A DNA stretch of 64,000 nt, taken from Octopus vulgaris (taxonomy: Eukaryota). The stretch lies in contig OX597838.1 of NCBI GenBank assembly GCA_951406725.2, positions 36,456,001 through 36,520,000 of the forward strand. Direction: 5' to 3'. A model generated the notes under the pieces. The model was not told the DNA's origin and did not search any database. It saw only the letters and a list, made by a program, of their open reading frames with translations. Below are positions 55,128 to 64,000 of this stretch, piece after piece. The stretch's first letter is position 1, and the number at the start of each line of letters is the position of its first letter. Made by a program: the position numbers and the translations under genes.

Positions 55128-55384
55128 AAGACACTTTACTTTCAAGTTAATCCAGTCTACTCAGCCGGCAAAAATGAGTTACACCGGCAGTTCAATGCAG
55201 CCAGCCGTGTCACACTGAATCTACGTTAAGGGTACACGTGTCTGCGGAATACTCAGTCACAAGCACGTTGGTTTCACGTGCAAGATGTTTTCGGTTAATC
55301 GAAACAGCAGGGACACACGTCGTCGCACCCGACGGTGACCCACGCTGACGAGAACCGATACGGCACCGTTCGCGTGTGAGAACA

Positions 55385-55601
55385 CTTACTCTTTTACTCT
55401 TTTACATGTTTCAGTCATTTTGACTGTGGCCATGCTGGAGCACCGCCTTTAGTCGAGCAAATCGACCCCGGGACTTATTCTTTGTAAGCCCAGTACTTAT
55501 TCTATCGGTCTCTTTTGCCGAACCGCTAAGTGACGGGGACGTAAACACACCAGCATCGGTTGTCAAACAATGCTAGGGGGACAAACACAGACACACAAAC
55601 T

Positions 55602-55666
<65 letters not shown>

Positions 55667-55840
55667 CATACATATATACGACAGGCTTCTTTCAGTTTCC
55701 GTCTACCAAATCCACTCACAAGGCATTGGTCGGCCCGGGGCTATAGCAGAAGACACTTGCCCAAGATGCCACGCAGTGGGACTGAACCTAGAACCATGTG
55801 GTTGGTTAGCAAGCTACTTACCACACAGCCACTCCTGCGT
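55385..55840 (-). mobile_element. SINE family A, full length
   Basis: Reverse-complement family match. Confidence 0.9.
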
Positions 55841-56116
55841 TTGGAGAATTTCACACTACAACTCCAAACAGTCAACTGGTTCCTCTGCAGTTTTGTACTT
55901 TCTGTTTCCCGCTGTATTATATATATATATATGTATAAATAACAAATGCCCAGCCCCTCCAACCATGGCCCGCTCAAAAGTCACACGCGAGCAGCGCTCG
56001 TTAACGTAGTTATCTGGGTAGGATCAAAGCGAGCACGGGTGCGCATTAAAGCTATTTGAATCACGAACGAAGTCCATTCTGTGTGACTGGCCGAATTCTT
56101 CACACACATGTGTACC

Positions 56117-56868
56117 TATTTCTTTACTACCCACATGGGGCTAAACATAGAGCGGACAAACAAGGACAGACAAACGGATTAAGTCGATTACATCGACCCC
56201 AGTGCGTAAATGATACTTAATTTATCGACCCCGAAAGGATGAAAGGCAAAGTCGACCTCGGCGGAATTTGAACTCAGAACGTAAAGTCAGACGAAAAACC
56301 TATTTCTTTACTACCCACAAGGGGCTAAACATAGAGGGGACAAACAAGGACAGACAAACGGATTAAGTCGATTACATCGACCCCAGTGCGTAACTGGTAC
56401 TTAATTTATCGACCCCGAAAGGATGAAAGGCAAAGTCGACCTCGGCGGAATTTGAACTCAGAACGTAAAGTCAGACGAAAAACCTATTTCTTTATTACCC
56501 ACAAGGGGCTAAACATAGAGGGAACGAACAAGGACAGACAAACGGATTAAGTCGATTAAGTCGTAACTGGTACTTAATTTATCGACCCCGAAAGGATGAA
56601 AGGCAAAGTCGACCTCGGCGGAATTTGAACTCAGAACGTAAAGTCAGACGAAAAACCTATTTCTTTATTACCCACAAGGGGCTAAACATAGAGGGAACGA
56701 ACAAGGACAGACAAACGGATTAAGTCGATTAAGTCGTAACTGGTACTTAATTTATCGACCCCGAAAGGATGAAAGGCAAAGTCGACCTCGGCGGAATTTG
56801 AACTCAGACGTAACGACAAACGAAATACCACTAAGCATTATCGCCCGACATGCTAACGTTTCTGCCAC
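56117..56868 (-). mobile_element. SINE family B tandem array, head plus 4 bodies
   Basis: Repeated CTATTTCTTTA..CCCACAAGGGGCTAAAC..GAACTCAGAACG units. Confidence 0.92.
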
Positions 56869-57036
56869 CCTTAATGTAAACATTCCAATACGGAAGTAGC
56901 GCGGCACCACACACACACACATACACACACACACAAATACACACACACACACACACACACACACACGTACATACATATACATACATACACACACACACAC
57001 AAATACACACGTGCATGCATATGTAAAATATGAATA

Positions 57037-57195
57037 GGAGTGGCTGTGTGGTAAGTAGCTTGCTTACCAACCACGTGGTTCCCGGTTCAGTCCCACTGCG
57101 TGGCACCTTGAGCAAGTTTCTTCTACAATAACCTCGTACTGACTAAAGCCTTATGAGTGGATTTGGTTGACGAAAACCGAAAGAAGACTGTCGTA

Positions 57196-57240
<45 letters not shown>

Positions 57241-57448
57241 GGATATGTTTTTGTGTGTGTTTGCCTGCCCAACATCGCTTGACAACCGATGCTGGTGTGT
57301 TTACGTCTCTGTACCTTAGCGGTTCGGCCAACGATACCGACAGAATAAGTTCTAGGCTTACCAAAAGATAAGTCCTGGGATCGATTTACTCGACTAAATG
57401 CGGTGCTCCAGCATGGCCGCAGTCAAATGGGTGAAACAAATAAAAGAA
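57037..57448 (+). mobile_element. SINE family A copy
   Basis: Family match. Confidence 0.85.
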
Positions 57449-57466
57449 TATTTATGTATTTACATT

Positions 57467-57532
<66 letters not shown>

Positions 57533-57603
57533 GAGATACAATATATATACACATACATATATACATTCATACATACACTCGGTTGAATTTCGATAAAAGT
57601 TCA

Positions 57604-57717
57604 TGACGTCATGAGGCAGGCTGTGAGATTGTTTCGTCTGCTCGACAGAGCTGAACAGTCAGACACACACGCACTGACTCATGACTGACGTCATAGTCTA
57701 ATGCCGAAACTTTGACG
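57604..57717. promoter_or_regulatory. Candidate bZIP (CREB/AP-1) enhancer
   Basis: TGACGTCA at 57604 and 57686, TGACTCA at 57675, TGACG at 57713. Confidence 0.45.
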
Positions 57718-57872
57718 CACACACACACACACACACACGCACACACACACGCACGTTTCATAAAGATGTTTGTGTAGCCAGCTGCAACCTGTTGGCTATA
57801 CATCAGTTAATTTTCATACTGTTATATACATCCGTATACATACATACATCCATAGATACACGCGTGTGTATA

Positions 57873-58089
57873 TATTTCTTTACTACCCACAAGGGTAGGA
57901 GACAAACAAGGACAGACAAACGGATTAAGTCGATTACATCGACTCCAGTGTGTAACTGGTACTTAATTTATCGACCCCGAAAGGATGAAAGGCAATGTCG
58001 ACCTCGGCGGAATTTGAACTCAGAACGTAACGGCAGACGAAATACGGCTACGCATTTCGCCCGGCGTTCTAACGTTTCTGCCAGCTCGC
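57873..58089 (-). mobile_element. SINE family B copy
   Basis: Family match; flanking repeat CGCGTGTGTATAT. Confidence 0.85.
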
Positions 58090-58549
58090 GTGTGTATATG
58101 AATGTTTCCACATTAGACTCGTGTTTATATATCTATATACATAATCGCAAGTTCATACTGTATATGTATGTAACATATTTAAAAAATTTTTTGCGCCCTT
58201 TTCAAGCCTAGCCAGGCTCATGGGCCCGGTTTCCCGGTTACTATGGCGTATGTGTTCCCCCCATTCTGGACGACGACGAGGGTCCCATGTGATACGATCA
58301 ACGGAACAGCTTGCTCGTGAAATTAACATGCGAGTGGCTGAGCACTCCACAGACACATATACCCCTAATGAGCACTCTACAGACTCGTGTGCCCTTAGCG
58401 TAGTTCTCAGGGAGATCACCCGGTCCAGAAATCGAAACCACAACCATACGATCCTGAGTTCAACACACTAACCACTAAGCCACGCGCCTCCACACACACA
58501 CACACACACACAGACACACACATATATAGATATAATGTTGAGTTATTAA

Positions 58550-58920
58550 AATAATAAAACGTGCACTTAGAGAACACAAACCTCCGCCAAGGCGTCACCA
58601 ACGTTCTCTCAACGATTAGCCGGAGAGGATTTTTAAAATGAGAATATCTGAAATATACTCAGTTTCTCTCACAAACGAGAATACTAAAAACGAACCCGAC
58701 TGCCGCTTTCAAAAATTAAGTAAAATAGCCGGGAAAAATAATCCAGAATCCTTGTCTGGTACCGGATCGATCCCCAAATCTAAGCAGTTCATGCCAGTCA
58801 CAAGGCCAAACATCTCTGAAAGTTTCATCCGAATCCATCCAGCGGTTCTTGAGAAATCTTGTCCACGGACATGGCAAACAAACAAACGCGATTGACAACA
58901 TTACCTCCGCCTTAGCGAAA
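58550..58920 (+). mobile_element. Helentron/HINE-like non-autonomous element
   Basis: Subterminal ACCTCCGCCAAGGC and terminal ACATTACCTCCGCCTTAGCG with an ACAAACAAAC tract, an architecture typical of DINE-1/HINE-like elements. Confidence 0.5.
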
Positions 58921-59030
58921 ATGGAGCCAATAATGGGACCAAGTACAAATCACTACTGCTACCATTGCTACTAGTTTTTGCTACTAATGATGACGACGGG
59001 AACGATGCCTCTATCATGTTTGTAGAAAAA

Positions 59031-59037
59031 TATATGT

Positions 59038-59072
<35 letters not shown>

Positions 59073-59463
59073 TGCATGTACAAACGCGCACATACGTACA
59101 CACATACACAAGCGTCTACACGTGACGGTCTTCTGTCGGTTGCGACGATGAGTATTCACTTGTTCAAACGATCAACTGAACAACCGACAGATTTTAATCT
59201 GTGAGTGGCTGTGTATTCCGCAGACAGCTGCGCCGTTAATGTAATATATGTGCACACACACACACACACACACGCATGCATGCACAAACGCGCACATACG
59301 TACACACATACACAAGCGTCTACACGTGACGGGCTTCTGTCGGTTGCGACGATGAGTATTCACTTGTTCAAACGATCAACTGAACGACCGACATATTTTA
59401 ATCTGTGAGTGGCTGTGTATTCCGCAGACAGCTGCGCCGTTAATGTAATATATGTGCGCGCGT

Positions 59464-59511
<48 letters not shown>

Positions 59512-59688
59512 GCATGCATGCACAAACGCGCACATACGTACACACACACACAAGCGTCTACACGTGACGGGCTTCTGTCGGTTGCGACGTTGAGTATTCA
59601 CTTGTTCAAACGATCAACTGAACAACCGACATATTTTAATCTGTGAGTGGCCGTGTATTCCGCAGACAGCTGCGCCGTTAATGTAATG
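59031..59688. repeat. Three tandem units of about 204-238 bp (SINE-derived body plus (CA)n)
   Basis: CAAGCGTCTACACGTGACGG at about 59109, 59313 and 59551. Confidence 0.92.
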
Positions 59689-60005
59689 ACCCTCAGGCTG
59701 TGTGTGACAAAGACCGAACCTTTTAATTAGTGGTTAGGGAGTTGCGTTCTCGATCGTGATGTCGTTGTTTCGATTCCAAGACTGGGCGGTGAATCGTGTT
59801 CTGGAGCAAAACCATTTTAGTTCACATTGTTTTGCAATCATTTCGCTGGACATCTTGCGGCACATCAAACACCTAAATACAGGCAGTGCCGATTGGATGG
59901 AGGGAGAGATGGAGCTGTCTCAGCAGCACTGTAGACCCCCGGGCAAATCATTCAATACACGGGGGCCCTATGATATATATTTGACATCAAACTACAGCAT
60001 AAATA

Positions 60006-60556
60006 TTGGGTTATCCGGAAAGGCGATTTTTAAAGGAAAGAAAAAGGTCAATAAATACATTATTAATCAACCAAATATGAACCATTTTCTTGCACAATGC
60101 GTCTCCATCTTTCCTTTAACTTGAAAATACCCTCTTCCCAGAATTGAGGTTGTTTGATGGCAAATAATTCATCAAGGTATCTTTTTACATCATCCAAGGA
60201 ATTGGAAACTTTTACCATTAAGACTATTCTGCAGAGATCTGAATAAGTGGAAATCCGAAGGAGCAATATCTGGTGAATATGGAGGGTGGGGTAACACATC
60301 CCAGCCGAGCTGCAGCAATTTTTGTCTGGTTCCCAAAGCATCAATTGCTGAAAATGAACTTTCTTATCTTTCATTTTAAAGGGTTACATAATTAGCACAA
60401 GTTATAGGAACAAAAACCTTCTTCTACGAAAAGATAGCTTAAACTGTGCTCTCAATGGAGATGTAGTGAAATCCTATTTTATAGACTCAACCATGTTCTA
60501 AAATAAGTCGAAAGGTAAGCTACTATAAATCGGCACGAACTTTCCGGACAACCCAA
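60006..60556 (-). mobile_element. Second copy of the deleted mariner element
   Basis: Same TIRs, TA flanks and N/C-terminal fusion as 1575-2140; retains YSPDIAPSD. Confidence 0.95.
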
Positions 60557-60581
60557 TAGATTAGAAGTGGACCTCTTAGAC

Positions 60582-60833
60582 CAGGGCTGGTCAACCTGAG
60601 ACCCGTAGATTGCATGCGGCCCATAGACTTTTATCTTGCGGCCCGCTTGATACTTTCTTGAAATGGGTTTATTTAAGCGAACATTTTAAAAATTTTATCA
60701 GAAATTAAAGATTGTAATGAAAAGTAAAAAAGAATGATACAACTGTTTTTGCAACGATAATATTTCATGTTGAATCAATTCTGTCAGTATACAAGCGGCC
60801 CCCACCAAACTTTCTGTGATTTGAGTTGGCCAG
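60582..60833. mobile_element. hAT (Charlie/MER58-like) MITE
   Basis: CAGGGCTGGTCAAC..GCGGCCC repeats..GTTGGCCAG; flanks TCTTAGAC / GCCTAGAC. Confidence 0.65.
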
Positions 60834-61224
60834 GCCTAGACCGTTTGGAACTCATAATACAAGATGAAACAAAATAATAGAAGGAATGTGGAGAAATACA
60901 TGAGAATGGGATAGCAATAATAAAGATGACAATCAAATCCGTGACTATCCTGTCTTTTCCTGTGTGCAGATAACACAGGACCACCATTACCCAACGTGTC
61001 CCCACTTTTAAAAGGCGATAGAATGTATGTAATGGTAGGGAGATTAGGCTGCTATTTCTAGTAGATCGAGGGACGACAGTGATACTCCTAAGTTTAATCC
61101 CAGTAACGGCGACAGACATACGATCTGATCTATGTTGTCCGTGACCATCCCGTTTTATTTTTTCTAGTGGTGTTTGTAGTGGTGGAGTACCATGGACAAC
61201 ACTACATCCTCTCGTCTAGCGATA

Positions 61225-61513
61225 TCTTTATATATAAAAGTGAAGTTGTGTGAGTGTCTATTTCCTACGATTTAGATTCCTAACTACTCCCACATTTTGC
61301 GGTGCAGTTTAACCAAAAAGCGGGTATCATATCGAGCCCTTCTGGGTATTAGCGCGCGTCTACGATGAGTATACGATTTAAAAAAAAATTTACCATCATT
61401 TTTTCCCATTTTTAATGCATTTCTTTGCTATTATATAAGGGAAGTAACGCTCTAAAAATGCTTATATAGTTATTTCCCTTACAAACCCGAGCAACGCCGG
61501 GCGATACTGCTAG
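61225..61513 (+). mobile_element. Non-autonomous Helitron
   Basis: A|TC 5' end, subterminal hairpin CCCGAGCAACGCCGGG (61486-61501), CTAG|T 3' end. Confidence 0.85.
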
Positions 61514-61748
61514 TTATTTTATAGTGCAATTAATGTTATTTGAGGAAGATTTGCAGCACTGGATTAACCATTAAGTAAAATATCTACATGCTTAGGGCAT
61601 CAGAGAATGGGGGTACGGTGAGGTGGGAGGATACCACAGAAATCGTAAATGGTTTACGGTACAAAAGAAATCACTTTAAACTTGTTAAAATAAACAGCAT
61701 TGAGTGTACCGTTCCAAATGTAGACATTGCTTTCCGTATATTTTCAAC

Positions 61749-62133
61749 GTGGTAAGTAGCTTGTTTACCAACCGCATGGTTCCGGGTTCAGTCCCACTGC
61801 GTGGCACCTTGGGCAAGTGTCTTCTACTATTGCCTCGGGCCGACCAAAGCCTTGTGAGTGGATTTGGTAGACGGAAACTGAAAGAAGCCTGTCGTATACA
61901 TGCATATATATGTGTATGTATGTGTGTGTTTGTGTTTGTCTCCCTAGCATTGCTTGACAACCGATGCTGGTGTGTTTATGTCCCCGTTACTTAGCGGTTC
62001 GGCAAAAAGAGACCGATAGAATAAGTACTGGGCTTACATAGGAATAAGTCCCGGGGTCGAGTTGCTCGATTAAAGGCGGTGCTCCAGCATGGCCGCAGTC
62101 AAATGACTGAAACAAGTAAAAGAGTAAAAGAGA
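61749..62133 (+). mobile_element. SINE family A copy
   Basis: Family match. Confidence 0.88.
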
Positions 62134-62137
62134 GATT

Positions 62138-62345
62138 CACGGTCACAAACTGCTCAGCTGAAAGTTTATGTTCTCAGCTGAAGTGTGTTAAAAAAAACCC
62201 ATCGGAGAGCATTTATGCAATAAGGCAGGCTGGTTGCTTTATCTCTACTTAATATAGAAACAGATGTGGTACGCAAGATTAATTTTGAGGATCTGATGCA
62301 AAAAACTTTGCAATTAAAAGAAAAGTCGGAGAAAACTTTTCAAAG
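62138..62345 (+). pseudogene. Remnant of a hAT transposase C-terminal dimerisation domain
   Basis: Frameshifted translation VTNCSAESLCSQLKCVK..MQ*GRLVALSLLNIETDVVRKINFEDL..FA..KSRRK matches the hAT pattern SAERSFSxLKxIK..M.QxRL.aLsllsIE. Confidence 0.8.
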
Positions 62346-62461
62346 TGGAAGTATACAAAAATAAACATTATTTGCCATCTACCTGTTAGTTTTGCTTCAT
62401 TTTGGAAAATAATGATGTATTTTATGGTTTATATTTTGCATTACGTATATATATATATTAC

Positions 62462-62511
<50 letters not shown>

Positions 62512-62522
<11 letters not shown>

Positions 62523-62886
62523 AAGCTGAAGTTGTCTGTGTATGGCAGGTTTGGTAGCCTTCAACTAATACTATCTCCTCCGACACCTTGCAGCGCAAGT
62601 TGACCAAAATTGAGAGTATAATAGAAGAAGGCTTGCTCTTCCTTCCGTAGAAGAAAAACTTCAAATCGGACCATGTTAACACCAAAAATTATTTACATCA
62701 AAAAGGTGCTTTTTTTCTATGAAAATCCCTATTTTTTGACTGCTGTGTCGCCCTTTTTCAGTGTTCAACCAGAAAAATGTTCACTTAAAGAGAATAACAA
62801 GCTACATAATGCAAAATTTTTACTTTTCAAAAATTCCAATTCTAAAGGATCGAAACAAACCCGAACAACGCTGGGTGATACTGCTA

Positions 62887-62887
<1 letters not shown>
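62512..62887 (+). mobile_element. Non-autonomous Helitron, related subfamily
   Basis: 5' ..TAAAGCTGAAGTTG and 3' CCCGAACAACGCTGGGTGATACTGCTAG|T match the ends of 61225-61513. Confidence 0.8.
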
Positions 62888-62928
<41 letters not shown>

Positions 62929-62944
62929 CCTTCACGTGTCATAC

Positions 62945-63169
62945 GGACTCATAAGGGCCAGTTTCCTTGTTTCTATGACGTATGTATTCCCCACCTGGAC
63001 GGGACGCCGATTTGCCGCGGGGTTACTCACTTTTGCCAGCTGAGTGGACTGGAGCAACGTGAAAGGAAGTGTTTTACTCAAGAACACAAAGCGTCATCCG
63101 CTCCAGGAATCGAAACCACAATCTTACGATCATGAATCTAACACCCTAACCACTAAGTCACGCGCCTCC
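62945..63169 (-). mobile_element. SINE family C, near full length
   Basis: tRNA-like head, CORE-like region and GGCGTCCCGTCCAGG module. Confidence 0.8.
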
Positions 63170-63676
63170 ACTGAATTACGGATGTATCCTTTAAGTGCTT
63201 CGGGCTTTTAAGGGTCTTAACCCGGCTTTGCAGACAAATATATAATCAGAGCTATTTTGTCTGTGACCATCCTGGTTTCCTTGAGTAACAAGGGTTACAT
63301 TACATCATCCCGTGTAGCAGGTTCTTCGTCAGATTTTAGGGCCTGGGGTTTGCTTCAGAATATTCTGGGTGGGCATTAATTTGTAATAAATTCTAAAGTG
63401 GAGTTTCGAAAGAAGTGTATTACTGTAAACCTGAGGGTGCAACTATTCGATAGTGATCGGGGGGAGGGGCAAAACCGTCCAGTGCATCCCCTTAGCGACG
63501 GAAATGGTTTAAAAAGCCAAAGTTTGTTGTCAAGCAGTGAATCGGGGCAAATACGGACGGACACACACACACACACACACGATGAGCTTCCACACAGTTT
63601 CCGTTCAGGCCCGTCGCCAGTCTTTGGTGCCAGGGGGTGTTCCAGGGTATTCGGGGTGGGCACTAATTTGTAATAA

Positions 63677-63909
63677 AGGCGGCGAGCTGACAGAAACGTT
63701 AGCACGCCGGACGAAATGCTTAGCGGTATTTTTGTCTGTTTTTACGTTCTGTGTTCAAATTCCGCCGAGGTCGACTTTACCTTTCATCCTTTCGGGATCG
63801 ATAAATTAAGTACCAGTTACGCACTGGCGTCGATGTAATCGACTTAATCCCTTTGTCTGTCCTTGTTTGACCCCTCTATGTTTAGCCCCTTGTGGGTAGT
63901 GAAGAAATA
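63677..63909 (+). mobile_element. SINE family B with a 15-bp TSD
   Basis: ACTAATTTGTAATAA at 63662-63676 and 63910-63924. Confidence 0.9.
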
Positions 63910-64000
63910 ACTAATTTGTAATAATGCTCATGTGGTGTTTCGAAATAAGCATACCCCTGCAAATCTGGGGGTGCAACCATTGAATGGTAAGGGGGGCAGT

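Noticed and set aside
55341-55375. CACG-CTGACGA-GAAC..GTTC-GCGTG hammerhead-like motif
   Set aside because: Lacks GAAA and a cleavage triplet

Overview
Repeat-saturated, gene-poor eukaryotic DNA. Its SINE families and extreme microsatellite density look like a coleoid cephalopod, probably Octopus (inferred from recall of the repeats, not from a search). Almost all supplied ORFs are translated microsatellites or SINEs. Recognisable content: about 25 copies of tRNA-derived SINE A; about 14 loci of SINE B, several as 184-bp head-less tandem arrays; a modular SINE C; two copies of one internally deleted mariner; non-autonomous Helitrons; hAT-type MITEs and a hAT transposase remnant; a Hero-like non-LTR 3' end; and short Penelope-like fragments with minimal hammerhead ribozyme motifs. 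Non-repeat signals: a probable first coding exon of a secreted or membrane protein near 44 kb with a possible TATA promoter, a pre-miRNA-like hairpin at 36.3 kb resembling molluscan miR-1985/1984, a CRE/AP-1 cluster at 57.6 kb, and a captured 28S rRNA fragment with flanking direct repeats inside a SINE at 13.1 kb. No complete novel protein-coding system is visible. The strongest leads are RNA-level and retroposon mechanisms.
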